Shown: positions 1-9,081 of the stretch, in pieces | Position numbering within the stretch: the first letter of the stretch is position 1 | How the letters are laid out: each line of letters begins with the position of its first letter | Assembly: GCA_964521625.1 (NCBI GenBank) | Contig: CAZFSM010000014.1 | Coordinates: 27,061 to 91,060, forward strand | Direction: 5' to 3' | Length of the DNA stretch: 64,000 nt | DNA from: an uncultured Veillonellaceae bacterium | GTDB lineage: Bacteria; Bacillota; Negativicutes; UBA1444 | The notes under the pieces: generated by a model | Told to the model about the DNA's origin: nothing | Seen by the model: the letters and a program-made list of their open reading frames with translations, nothing else | Databases searched by the model: none | Made by a program: the position numbers and the translations under genes

Positions 1-121
1 CGGCCGGTTTTGCCTCGGGTTTTTTGTCTGCGGCCGGCGTACCGCCGCAACCTACTGCCACTTCCATGATCATCACAGCAACCATCAGTACTAGCCACTT
101 TTTCCACTGGTTTTTCAACAT
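1..121 (-). CDS. Lipoprotein N-terminus, partial (continues off the window); plausibly the TctC-type solute-binding partner of TctBA
   Basis: Minus-strand ATG at 121-119 is preceded by a GAGGGGGAAAG RBS. The translation MLKNQWKKWLVLMVAVMIMEVAVGCGG... is a signal peptide plus lipobox Cys. It lies directly downstream of tctA. The family call rests on context only. Confidence 0.45.
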   Translation of the reverse strand, partial: MLKNQWKKWLVLMVAVMIMEVAVGCGGTPAADKKPEAKPA

Positions 122-157
122 TTTGCTTTCCCCCTCATTTATACTAGTTTTCGCCAA

Positions 158-1678
158 CTATTCGTGGGCATCGCCCCCATCCTTACAAGTCGTCTCATTA
201 CGTCTGCGATAGCTTGAAACGAGCTGCCACCCCAACACCAAGGCAAACAAAGCCATTAGTGTGCCAGAAATTGGCCGGGTGACAAAAATCGCCATACTCC
301 CGTTGGACATCAATAATGCTTGTCGAAACGCATTTTCAATCAATGGCGCAAGGATGAACGACATAATCATTGGTCCGGGCTCAAATTTTAATTTACGCAA
401 AATATAACCTAAAATCCCAAAGGCAATAAACACATAGATGCTAAACACTTCGTTGGCAAGGCTATAACAGCCGACGGTCGTAAACAGGACAATTACCGGC
501 CCAAGAATGCCGAACGGCACCTTAAGCAGCTGAACCCACAAACCGACCAACGGCAGATTCAGTACCAGCAAAATGATATTGCCGATGTACATGGAAGCAA
601 TAACTCCCCAAAACACATCCGCGTGCTCAGTAATCAGAAATGGCCCTGGAGTTATTCCCTGAATCAACAAAGCGGCAAAAATCATCGCGATGGAAGCATT
701 ACAGGGAATCCCCAAAGTCAATAACGGAATAAACGAAGAACTGGATGCCCCGTTATTTGCTGATTCTGGTCCGGCCAATCCGGCAATGGCGCCATGACCA
801 AACTCCTCCGGGTGAGCAGAAATTTTCTTTTCAACCGCATAAGATGTAAGAGACGCGACAACCGCACCGCCGCCAGGGATAATCCCGGCAAAAAAACCAA
901 TCAACGATCCCCTAAAAATAGGCCACTTGCTCTCGGCCCAGTCTTTTGCTGTCGGAAACAGTTTGCCGATGGTTTTCGTAACAAACTCGGCGCTCTCTTT
1001 GGATTCCAGGGTCAAGAGTATCTCACTGAGTCCAAATAGCCCCATTGCCAAAGTGACAAAGTCGAAACCACCCTGCAATGCCACAAAGCCGAAAGTAAAG
1101 CGTTCCTGTCCCGAAATCGGATCAAGTCCAACATTAGCCAAAACAATGCCTGTCAGCAGCATGATGGTCCCCTTGATCGGTGAGTCACCGGACAGGAACA
1201 CTGCCAACAACAGGCCAAACAGCATAAGGGCAAAGTACTCCGGGGCGCCAAAGCGCAGGGCAAAAGCTGCGAGTGGCGGGGCGAGGAAAGTGAGTCCGAT
1301 GACTCCAACCGTACCGGCAATAAACGAACCGATGGCAGCTATGCCAAGAGCGGCGCCGGCCCGGCCTTTTTGCGACATTGCGTAGCCATCGATACAAGTC
1401 ACCACTGATGCCGCTTCGCCAGGGATTCGCATCAAAATCGAGGTTGTAGATCCTCCATACATGGCGCCGTAATAAATGCCTGCCAAAAAGATAATCGAAG
1501 TTGCCGGTGAGTTCATCGCATAGACTACCGGCAACAACAGAGAGATTGTTGCTGCCGGTCCTAGTCCCGGCAACACGCCTACCGCTGTTCCCAGCAATGA
1601 ACCCAAAAAACAGTACAACAAATTACTACCTGTTGATGCAATTGAAAAACCATTGAATAACCCCTGAAATACATCCAT
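158..1678 (-). CDS. tctA: Tripartite tricarboxylate transporter large permease, TctA family
   Basis: 506-aa polytopic membrane protein. The N-terminus MDVFQGLFNGFSIA and the Gly/Ala-rich helices are typical of TctA. It starts 13 bp after tctB. Confidence 0.9.
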   Translation of the reverse strand: MDVFQGLFNGFSIASTGSNLLYCFLGSLLGTAVGVLPGLGPAATISLLLPVVYAMNSPATSIIFLAGIYYGAMYGGSTTSILMRIPGEAASVVTCIDGYAMSQKGRAGAALGIAAIGSFIAGTVGVIGLTFLAPPLAAFALRFGAPEYFALMLFGLLLAVFLSGDSPIKGTIMLLTGIVLANVGLDPISGQERFTFGFVALQGGFDFVTLAMGLFGLSEILLTLESKESAEFVTKTIGKLFPTAKDWAESKWPIFRGSLIGFFAGIIPGGGAVVASLTSYAVEKKISAHPEEFGHGAIAGLAGPESANNGASSSSFIPLLTLGIPCNASIAMIFAALLIQGITPGPFLITEHADVFWGVIASMYIGNIILLVLNLPLVGLWVQLLKVPFGILGPVIVLFTTVGCYSLANEVFSIYVFIAFGILGYILRKLKFEPGPMIMSFILAPLIENAFRQALLMSNGSMAIFVTRPISGTLMALFALVLGWQLVSSYRRRNETTCKDGGDAHE

Positions 1679-1691
1679 AAACGCACCGCCT

Positions 1692-2144
1692 TTATATGCC
1701 GAACATGCCTTGTGGCAAAGCTACCCGCAGAAAATACACGAAAAGGATATACATGGCCACCGTGCCGACAATCGCAATCATGGCTGTTTTTTTCCACCGT
1801 TCCGCTTCGATTAGAACCTGCCAGGCGATCAAAAACAATAAGGTTGATATCACATAACCCAACTCTTCCATCAACGCTGCATACACTGCCATGCAAACAA
1901 TTGCCAATAGCGGCCTGTACCAATTCCGGTTGCTCCAAAGCGGAGTCGATTCGCGGCAATCAGCGCGGTTTTTCAATAACCATACGAGACAAGTCAATAC
2001 GATCCCTGCGCCGCAGATCAAAGGAAACATCCCCGGTCCCGGCTGACTGACCGTGCCGATTTTCAAAGCGGTAGCAGAATAAATGCCGGTTGCCAGGCCA
2101 AAAATGGCAAACACCAGTCCGGCCATACGCTCCTGTTTCGTCAT
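1692..2144 (-). CDS. tctB: Tripartite tricarboxylate transporter small subunit, TctB family
   Basis: 150-aa protein with about 4 TM segments, immediately upstream of tctA. Size, hydrophobicity and position match TctB, a family that is weakly conserved in sequence. Confidence 0.75.
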   Translation of the reverse strand: MTKQERMAGLVFAIFGLATGIYSATALKIGTVSQPGPGMFPLICGAGIVLTCLVWLLKNRADCRESTPLWSNRNWYRPLLAIVCMAVYAALMEELGYVISTLLFLIAWQVLIEAERWKKTAMIAIVGTVAMYILFVYFLRVALPQGMFGI

Positions 2145-2163
2145 TACAGAGCCCCCTCCGGGT

Positions 2164-3078
2164 TTATTTAAGCAAATCCATACCGACCAGAACCTGGCGG
2201 ACTTTTTCCCGTTCTTCGGCAGTCATCGGGCCGACCGGGTCCATGCAGGGACCAGCGTCAATGCCCAGTAAAGCGAGTGATTCCTTGATCACTGCCGGGA
2301 AGGTGCCGATCGTAAAGGCGATGCGCAGCGGCGCCAGCTTGAACTGTGCCTCCAGGGAACCTTTCAAATCGCCGGCCATATATTTGTCATAGATGTCAGC
2401 ACACAACCGTGGTGCGACATTCGCGCACGAGGCAATCGATCCGGCGGCGCCGTAACAAAGCGCACCATAAATCAGCGTATCACGTCCCATCAGCACATTG
2501 AAATTCTCAATACCGCGAGTCAAACGGATATACTCTGCCGTCAACGTCAAATCGCCGCTGGAATCTTTGATGCTCACGATATTGGGTACTTCGGCCAGTT
2601 TGGCAACCGTGGGTGCCGCAAGGGTAACGCCTGTTTTCGGCGGGTTGTTATATAACAGCACTGGCAGCGATGTATTGGCTGCAATCGTTTTATAATGGCC
2701 AATCAATTGTTCCTGCGACGGCGTGATGAACATCGGCGTCAAAATCGACACTGCATCCACGCCGCATTCCTCCGCCAGTTGGGTCAACATGACACTTTCC
2801 CGGGTGGTTATGCCATTGGTTCCCGCATAGACCGGAACCCTGCCCTTAGTTTCATCCAAAGTGACCTGGAAAATTTCCCGCTTTTCTTCTGGAGAAAGAC
2901 CGTAAAACTCACCGGTAGTCCCTGTAACAAAAAGACCATGCACGCCACCGTCAATCAGGTAGCTGATCAATTTTCGCATGGCCGGTTCACTGAATTCCCC
3001 TGCTGCTGTTAACGGGGTCACGACTGCCGGGATAATCCCGCAAGGTTGGAACTGTTTTTTGCTAGCTGTCATAGTCAA
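2164..3078 (-). CDS. DapA/N-acetylneuraminate-lyase family class I aldolase (substrate unknown)
   Basis: 304 aa. It has the GTTGEF motif (FVTGTTGEFYGLS) and the Schiff-base lysine context (VSIKDSSGD). It is co-directional with tctBA. Confidence 0.85.
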   Translation of the reverse strand: MTMTASKKQFQPCGIIPAVVTPLTAAGEFSEPAMRKLISYLIDGGVHGLFVTGTTGEFYGLSPEEKREIFQVTLDETKGRVPVYAGTNGITTRESVMLTQLAEECGVDAVSILTPMFITPSQEQLIGHYKTIAANTSLPVLLYNNPPKTGVTLAAPTVAKLAEVPNIVSIKDSSGDLTLTAEYIRLTRGIENFNVLMGRDTLIYGALCYGAAGSIASCANVAPRLCADIYDKYMAGDLKGSLEAQFKLAPLRIAFTIGTFPAVIKESLALLGIDAGPCMDPVGPMTAEEREKVRQVLVGMDLLK

Positions 3079-3118
3079 ATCCCCCTATAAGAATTTCTCT
3101 CTTTTCTTTGTTAAAAAT

Positions 3119-3934
3119 TCAACGCCCATTCCCGCGCGATCGCATGTGCGCCGATATGCGATGAGCATAGTCAATCAACACCGGGACATGTTCCAAAATC
3201 TTTTCGACCGGGTAAAGACTCGTCGGTCCTGATATGCTGATCCCTGCCACCACATCACCGGTTCCATCTACCAGGGGAGCTGCAATACAGTTGATCCCAT
3301 TGCTCCATTCCTCACGATCAACGGCATACCCTTGCAGGCGAACTTTTTCGATTTCTTGCAAATAAGTCGCCTCGTCGGTTATGGTGTTCAACGTGTATTG
3401 AGTAACGCCACGTTTGAAGGATTCACTGGCAATCCCGGGAATTTTACAGGTCAATACCTTACCCAGGGCCGTACAGTGAATTGGCCGCCGCATCCCAATA
3501 TGAAAATAGCCGTATGCACAATACGGGGTTTCCGCTCTTGCCACATAAACCACTTCTTTATCATCTAAAACAGCCAGATTCACATTGACTCTCAGATTGT
3601 TCGACAGTTCCTCCAGATAAGGCAAACCGATTCGCCGAATTTCCATCGAGTTGAGAACGATGCTTTCATATTTCAAAAAGCCCCGCCCCAAGGAATAATA
3701 CCCGTCATTATGCTCAATCAGGTTGTTTTCTTTTAATGTGTTTAACATACGATATGCGGTAGCCTGATTGACTTTGGCCTTCGCACTTAATTCTTTAAGG
3801 CGAAGCCGCGGTTGGTCATAAGTAAAGCAATTTAGCAAGGCAACTGCCTTGGTGATACTGTTATTCAATCCACTCCGCGTGTCATCCGCCGCCATGAAAA
3901 CACCCCGCATTTCTTTTCTCTTATTGCCAAACAT
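3119..3934 (-). CDS. IclR family transcriptional regulator
   Basis: N-terminal winged HTH (KAVALLNCF...LKELSAKAKVNQATAYRMLNTLKE) plus a C-terminal IclR effector domain (GINCIAAPL...GISISGP). The start is ambiguous: ATG at 3934, 3910 or 3895. Confidence 0.85.
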   Translation of the reverse strand: MFGNKRKEMRGVFMAADDTRSGLNNSITKAVALLNCFTYDQPRLRLKELSAKAKVNQATAYRMLNTLKENNLIEHNDGYYSLGRGFLKYESIVLNSMEIRRIGLPYLEELSNNLRVNVNLAVLDDKEVVYVARAETPYCAYGYFHIGMRRPIHCTALGKVLTCKIPGIASESFKRGVTQYTLNTITDEATYLQEIEKVRLQGYAVDREEWSNGINCIAAPLVDGTGDVVAGISISGPTSLYPVEKILEHVPVLIDYAHRISAHMRSRGNGR

Positions 3935-4080
3935 TCAATATGAGATAATTCAATTTCACATATTGAAATTATATTTCTTTTTTTACTATATTCTTTTGTA
4001 TTTTGAAAAATCCTGCTGTTTGATTCTGATTATTTTATTTTTTCAGCTAATATTTTTTTGCGATAAGACATTGCCGAAAT

Positions 4081-4100
4081 ATGGTTGACCATTCAACCAT
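4081..4100. promoter_or_regulatory. Perfect 8-bp inverted repeat ATGGTTGA-N4-TCAACCAT overlapping the -35 box; candidate MarR operator
   Basis: Read directly: atggttga ccat tcaaccat. It overlaps the TTGACC -35 element of the marR-GNAT promoter. Confidence 0.4.
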
Positions 4101-4113
4101 ATTTCGATATAAT
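4085..4113 (+). promoter_or_regulatory. Sigma-70-type promoter for the MarR-GNAT operon
   Basis: TTGACC (4085-4090), a 17-nt spacer, then TATAAT (4108-4113). It lies about 40 nt upstream of the RBS and ATG at 4154. Confidence 0.55.
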
Positions 4114-4153
4114 CCCAATAAGCAAGTTGAAATTACAACTAACAGGGGGGCGT

Positions 4154-4627
4154 ATGGAAAAGCTTGATCGGGAAATATTGCGGGATATCGGTGCAGTGGC
4201 TCGCTCTATCCACTCCATCAGCGATATTCAATTTCGTCAACTCCAACTGCAAAAAGGACAGTTTGTGTTTCTGACTCGTATTTGTGAATGTCCGGGCATA
4301 AACCTCGTCGAGCTCTCCCAGGCCCTGAGAGTAGATAAAACAACGACAACCAAAGCAATCCAAAAACTAATTGAAGCTGCCTACGTAAGAAAAGAACGGG
4401 ACGAAGCGGACCAACGGATCTGGCGACTGTTTCCCACCGAACAGGCATTGAGCAACTACAGTGTTGTTATCGCAGCGGAAAATCAATATATTTCCCACTG
4501 TTTTTACGATTTTAGTGAAGACGAAAAGGAAATTGTCTGCAGCTTGGTTGCCCGCATGCGTGATAACATCAGCCGCGAATGGAAACGGATAAAAAAAATA
4601 CCCCCAACAGCAGGAGGGAAAAAATGA
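4154..4627 (+). CDS. MarR family transcriptional regulator
   Basis: Winged-helix MarR core (FVFLTRICECPGINLVELSQALRVDKTTTTKAIQKLIEAAYVRKERDEADQR). The ATG at 4154 has an AGGGGGG RBS. The longer ORF-track start at 4085 lies inside the promoter. Confidence 0.85.
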   Translation: MEKLDREILRDIGAVARSIHSISDIQFRQLQLQKGQFVFLTRICECPGINLVELSQALRVDKTTTTKAIQKLIEAAYVRKERDEADQRIWRLFPTEQALSNYSVVIAAENQYISHCFYDFSEDEKEIVCSLVARMRDNISREWKRIKKIPPTAGGKK

Positions 4628-5115
4628 CCAATATTGAGATAAAAGAATATGAATCCGGTAACAAAGAAGATCTGATCAACATGATTTTAGCAATTCAACA
4701 GCAAGAATTTGAAATTCCCGTCACGCGCGAAGCACAACCCGATTTAGCCAACATTCCAGGCTTTTATCAGCAGGAAAACGGCAACTTCTGGGTCGCATCA
4801 AATGGCGCCGAGGTCGTGGGAACGATTGGCTTAATCGACATCGGCAATCAACAGGTTGCGCTGCGAAAGATGTTTGTCAAAGCATCCTTCCGCGGCGCCG
4901 AGTTGGGAGTCGCCAAAAAGTTACTAACACAAGCGCTAGACTGGGCATCGAAGCAGAATGTGAAAACCGTCTATCTTGGCACCACAGATAAATTTCACGC
5001 AGCTCATCGTTTCTATGATAAAAATGGGTTTGAGCGGATCCCACGGGAAGAGTTGCCACCGACCTTCCCGGTAATGCAGGTCGATACAGTTTTCTATCGT
5101 TATTGCCGAGCTTAG
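4624..5115 (+). CDS. GNAT family N-acetyltransferase
   Basis: Acetyl-CoA binding motif region (LRKMFVKASFRGAELGVAKKLL). The ATG overlaps the marR stop (ATGA), and a GGAGGG RBS precedes it. Confidence 0.85.
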   Translation: MTNIEIKEYESGNKEDLINMILAIQQQEFEIPVTREAQPDLANIPGFYQQENGNFWVASNGAEVVGTIGLIDIGNQQVALRKMFVKASFRGAELGVAKKLLTQALDWASKQNVKTVYLGTTDKFHAAHRFYDKNGFERIPREELPPTFPVMQVDTVFYRYCRA

Positions 5116-5119
5116 CCGA

Positions 5120-5770
5120 TTACCAGGGAACTTCCCTTTCCACTTGTCGTCCTTTCTCCAGGAACAGCACCTGACCGCCCATGGTTTTGGCTTCTTCCGG
5201 GTCATGGGTCACCAAAACAAAGGGGATTTTCCAGAGATTTTGCATCACCATCAGTTCTTCCTGCAGCTCCAGGCGAGTCTCTTTGTCCAATGATGACAGA
5301 GGCTCGTCGAGCAGTAAGAGTTTTGGCTGCGCCATCAACGCCCTGGCCAACGCAACCCGTTGTTTTTCGCCGCCTGAGAGCTGACCAACGAAGCGTTGCC
5401 CCAGGTGCTCAATCTTTAGTAATCCAAGTAGTTTTTCATACATCGCATGCGCAGCCTGACCGTGTTGTTTGACGCCATACCAAATGTTTTTTCGCACATT
5501 CATATGCGGAAACAAAGCAAAATCCTGGAACATGTAGCCGATTTGCCGTTCACAAGGCGGCGCGAAAATCCCGGCCGCGGCGTCAAAAAACACTTTGCCG
5601 TTGAAAACGATTCGCCCTGCATTCGGTTTGACCAGCCCTGCAATTGAGCGCAGCGTCGTAGTTTTACCGCAACCGGACGGGCCAAACAAAACCAGAATAT
5701 CCCGTTCCACATTGAACTGCAGCTGGAGCGAAAAATCAGGCAGTTCATGACTGATGTCTACAGACAGCAT
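5120..5770 (-). CDS. modC: Molybdate ABC transporter ATP-binding protein, short form without a C-terminal TOBE domain
   Basis: Walker A GPSGCGKTT, signature LSGGEKQRVALARAL, Walker B LLLDEP. The start MLSVDISHEL overlaps the modB stop (TAATG). The protein ends soon after the ABC core. Confidence 0.85.
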   Translation of the reverse strand: MLSVDISHELPDFSLQLQFNVERDILVLFGPSGCGKTTTLRSIAGLVKPNAGRIVFNGKVFFDAAAGIFAPPCERQIGYMFQDFALFPHMNVRKNIWYGVKQHGQAAHAMYEKLLGLLKIEHLGQRFVGQLSGGEKQRVALARALMAQPKLLLLDEPLSSLDKETRLELQEELMVMQNLWKIPFVLVTHDPEEAKTMGGQVLFLEKGRQVEREVPW

Positions 5771-6456
5771 TAGAACACCCCCCGCGTCGGGGCTTGCGGG
5801 TTTTTCTTGCGCACCCACAGATTTACGCCGAAGATCATCGAAAACGTGAGCAGGCTGATGATCAGGACATACAAGCCCGCCTGCGTCATGTCGTTGGACT
5901 CGGCGGCAAAGTAAATGGCCAGAGGTATGGTCTGTGTTTTTCCTGGGATGTTGCCTGCCACCATGATAGTCGCACCGAACTCACCCAAAGCGCGGGCGAA
6001 AGACAAAACAATGCCCGATAGCAGCCCGTGCCAGGCCAGCGGCAAGGTGACTGTCCAAAACACGCGCCACTCATTCGCCCCCAACGTGCGGGCCGCATCT
6101 TCCAGTTTGGTGTCGATGCTTTGAAATGCCGCTTTGGTACTCTGATACATCAGGGGAAAAGCGACGACAGTTCCCGCGATAACTGCCGCATAGGGCGTAA
6201 AGATGATCTGCGTCTGGAAGGTATCGGCTAAAAACCGCCCGATTGGACCTTGCTTACCAATCAGGACGAGTAGCAAAAATCCGGTCACCACTGGCGGCAT
6301 GACCAGCGGCAGCGAGAAAATCGCTTCCACCGCAGCTTTGCCGGTAAATTCCCATTTGCGCATGGCATAAGCAAACGACACGCCCAAAATCACCACGAAT
6401 ACCAGCGATGCCAAGGCCACTTTGATTGAGAGCCAAACCGGCTGCCACTCGAACAT
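5770..6456 (-). CDS. modB: Molybdate ABC transporter permease
   Basis: 228 aa. It carries the ModB-typical LPLVMPPVVTGFLLL segment and an EAA-type loop (DAARTLGANEWRVFWTVTLPLA). Confidence 0.9.
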   Translation of the reverse strand: MFEWQPVWLSIKVALASLVFVVILGVSFAYAMRKWEFTGKAAVEAIFSLPLVMPPVVTGFLLLVLIGKQGPIGRFLADTFQTQIIFTPYAAVIAGTVVAFPLMYQSTKAAFQSIDTKLEDAARTLGANEWRVFWTVTLPLAWHGLLSGIVLSFARALGEFGATIMVAGNIPGKTQTIPLAIYFAAESNDMTQAGLYVLIISLLTFSMIFGVNLWVRKKNPQAPTRGVF

Positions 6457-6477
6457 CCAGACACCTGCCTTACTGTC

Positions 6478-7269
6478 TTATTTGCTCATGACAAAGCCGT
6501 ATTTTTCAAACACCGGTTTGCCTTCCGGTCCTGCCATATAAGCCAGGAATTCCTCGGCAGCTTTGGTATTTTTGCTACCGGCAAGAACAGCCGCCGGATA
6601 AACGATCGGGTCATGGCTGCCCTCGGGTGCTATTGCCAGGATTTTCACCTTGCTGCTGGCAGCGGCGTCTGTCTTATATACGAGTCCCGCATCCACATTG
6701 CCCGTGTCCACATAGGTCAGGACGGATCGGACATCTTTGGCAAAGACGATTTTGCTCTGGATTTTCTCCCAGACGCCGAGTTTTTTCAACGCCTGCTCCG
6801 CGTACTGTCCGGCGGGAACCACCTTGGTTTCGCCAATGCTGATTTGTTTCACCGCGTCGTTTTGCAACTCTTCCAACATGCTGATTTTCAGCGTCGAATC
6901 CTTGGGGACAATCAACACCAGCTTGTTTTCGAGCAAGTTTTTGCGCGTCGCTTTGTTTATCAGGTTTTTTGCTTCCAACTCATTCATCTGTTTGGGCGCT
7001 GCTGAAATAAAGATGTCAGCCGGAGCGCCTTGTTCAATCTGTTTTTGCAGCGAACCGGAGGCTCCCAGATTGTAGAGCAATTTTACCTGCGGCGCCTTTT
7101 TCAGGTAATTGGTCTGAATTTCCGCCAGCGCATCTTTCATACTTACAGCCGCAGAAATATTGAGTTCCACAGGTTTCGGCGCCGTCTGTTGCGCTGCGTC
7201 GCCGCAGCCGGCAACCAATAGGCTAATCGCCAATACTCCCAGCAGCAGATACATCGTCAGTTTTTTCAT
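6478..7269 (-). CDS. modA: Molybdate ABC transporter substrate-binding lipoprotein
   Basis: Signal peptide with lipobox (LVAGCG). ModA-like segments ISAAVSMKDALAEI, NLGASGSLQKQIEQGAPADIFISA and VDAGLVYKTDA. Confidence 0.9.
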   Translation of the reverse strand: MKKLTMYLLLGVLAISLLVAGCGDAAQQTAPKPVELNISAAVSMKDALAEIQTNYLKKAPQVKLLYNLGASGSLQKQIEQGAPADIFISAAPKQMNELEAKNLINKATRKNLLENKLVLIVPKDSTLKISMLEELQNDAVKQISIGETKVVPAGQYAEQALKKLGVWEKIQSKIVFAKDVRSVLTYVDTGNVDAGLVYKTDAAASSKVKILAIAPEGSHDPIVYPAAVLAGSKNTKAAEEFLAYMAGPEGKPVFEKYGFVMSK

Positions 7270-7528
7270 TGCGAGGTCCTCCAGTTATTGTTATTTTTCT
7301 GTAAAAAAACAAAAGCCAGCAAACGTAACTAAACAAGAATTACGTCAACTGACACGACTTTGTATCATTGTCTTATCTAACGACGGGTGTATGTGCAACA
7401 AAACGCCGTGTCAATTCATAACATAACAAAACACTACAAAACCATCATGGCGACATTATACAATTTGTTGTAAGATAAACGCAAGAGCTTTTGCAAAGAT
7501 AAAGCATTCAGAAAATGGAGGGACAAGC

Positions 7529-8464
7529 ATGACGGACAGCCAATCCTACACGCCGGAAGAATTGGCAAAAATCCTCAAAATCACCCGGTTTACCGTTTAT
7601 GAAATGATCAAGCGCGGCGATTTGCCTGCCTATCGCATCGGCCGTAAAGTCCGCGTCGAAGCCGCCGACTTGGATTCGTATATCAATAAATCAAAGGGCG
7701 CAAGTTTCCCTGTGCCCCAGATTAACGAACCGTCGCCAGCCCCGTCCCGGATCGGTTCGGATGAATTGGTCATCTGCGGACAAGATTCGTCGCTCGACAT
7801 CCTGACCCGCCATTTGCAAAAAGAACTGCCGCATATTCGCTTGTTGCGCAACTACATCGGCAGCATCGACGGGCTGCTGGCCCTCTATCACGGCAAAGCC
7901 AATGTCGTAACTACCCATCTTTGGGATAGCGACAGTGACAGCTATAACACGCCGTATGTCCGCAGGCTGCTGCCGGGACATCGCACGCTGATCATCAATT
8001 TGGTGTTTCGAACCGAAGGCTTTTATGTACTCAATGGAAATCCAAAACGGATCCAGGACTGGGCGGACTTGTGCCTTCCGGGGGTTCGTTTCGTGAATCG
8101 CGAATGCGGCTCCGGCGCGCGCGTGTTGCTTGACGAGAAGTTACGAATAAACAACATCGATCGTGATCAGATCCGCGGTTACGCCGAGGAAGAAATGAGC
8201 CACTTGGCCGTTGCCAGCCGCGTTGCCCGCGGCGAAGCCGACGTTGGTCTGGGGATCGAAAAAGCCTCGTTGCAGGTGAAGGAGCTGGATTTTGTCCCGT
8301 TGCAAAAAGAACGCTACGACCTGATCATCCGCCGAGAAGATGCGGAAAAACCAACCTTTAAAGCACTCCTGTCCGCACTCCGCTCACCAGCCTTCCGTAA
8401 TGAATTGCGCGGCATGGGCGGCTACGACCTGACTCACACCGGCGAAATAATGGCCGAGACATAA
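7529..8464 (+). CDS. Excisionase/MerR-type HTH fused to a periplasmic-binding-protein-like domain; putative oxyanion (molybdate)-responsive regulator
   Basis: N-terminal HTH (YTPEELAKILKITRFTVYEMIKRGDLPAYRIGRKVRV) and a C-terminal PBP-like domain of about 230 aa. It is divergent from modABC. The effector is inferred from context. Confidence 0.7.
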   Translation: MTDSQSYTPEELAKILKITRFTVYEMIKRGDLPAYRIGRKVRVEAADLDSYINKSKGASFPVPQINEPSPAPSRIGSDELVICGQDSSLDILTRHLQKELPHIRLLRNYIGSIDGLLALYHGKANVVTTHLWDSDSDSYNTPYVRRLLPGHRTLIINLVFRTEGFYVLNGNPKRIQDWADLCLPGVRFVNRECGSGARVLLDEKLRINNIDRDQIRGYAEEEMSHLAVASRVARGEADVGLGIEKASLQVKELDFVPLQKERYDLIIRREDAEKPTFKALLSALRSPAFRNELRGMGGYDLTHTGEIMAET

Positions 8465-8565
8465 CAATAATCAAATTCCTGAATTCCGCCGATGGACTGA
8501 AGCGACAAGAAATGTTAGACTTAATATTAGGGAGAAATATTCTCCAAATAGAGGAGGTGCCATTG

Positions 8566-8979
8566 ATGAAAAAACTGATGTCCGGTTTGCTTGCCGCGAG
8601 CGTTTTGTTGATTGTTCTAAGCTCTTTCCAGATTGCTTCGGCGGCTCCATTCAAAGTAATGGGCAGCGGTGAAGATTCCTATCTGGCAGATTCCCGTGGC
8701 ATGACCCTATACATTTATTTAAAAGATAGTCCGGATAAGGCAACCTGTGTTGGCGACTGCGTGAAGCGCTGGCCGATCTTCTATACCGAAAAGGTCATGG
8801 TTCCGGCAGGAATGGACGCGAAAGAATTCGGAGTCATCACCCATCCGAGCGGTGTCAAGCAGAATACGTTCCGTGGCTGGCCTCTGTATTACTTTGCCAT
8901 GGACAAGATGGCCGGCGATACGACTGGGCAGGGCAGAAGCAATGTCTGGTACATCGTACGAAACCCCGGCTCCATGTAG
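8566..8979 (+). CDS. Secreted protein with two copies of the COG4315 / Lipoprotein_15-type repeat (function unknown)
   Basis: Signal peptide MKKLMSGLLAASVLLIVLSSFQIASA. Two Y-x-[FY]-x-x-D type repeats (TLYIYLKDSPDK; PLYYFAMDKMAGD). A GAGGAGG RBS precedes the ATG at 8566. Confidence 0.7.
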   Translation: MKKLMSGLLAASVLLIVLSSFQIASAAPFKVMGSGEDSYLADSRGMTLYIYLKDSPDKATCVGDCVKRWPIFYTEKVMVPAGMDAKEFGVITHPSGVKQNTFRGWPLYYFAMDKMAGDTTGQGRSNVWYIVRNPGSM

Positions 8980-9005
8980 GCTATAGTCAGTTCGTCAGAC
9001 AATTC

Positions 9006-9050
9006 GGCCCTTGGCATATCCGGTAGGAAATGCCAAGGGCCTTCGTTTGT
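9006..9050. terminator. Bidirectional intrinsic terminator between convergent genes
   Basis: 12-bp perfect stem ggcccttggcat / atgccaagggcc, followed by ttcgtttgt. Confidence 0.6.
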
Positions 9051-9081
9051 CGGGCCGTAATGAGTTGCAATACTCATTTGG

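Noticed and set aside
4085-4153. Longer MarR start (ORF-track start at 4085), and similarly extended starts for several genes (5818, 8512, 24351, 35485, 45149, 46355, 55420, 58038)
   Set aside because: The extended N-termini lack homology, overlap promoters or upstream genes, and have no RBS. Internal starts with good Shine-Dalgarno sequences and conserved N-termini were preferred.
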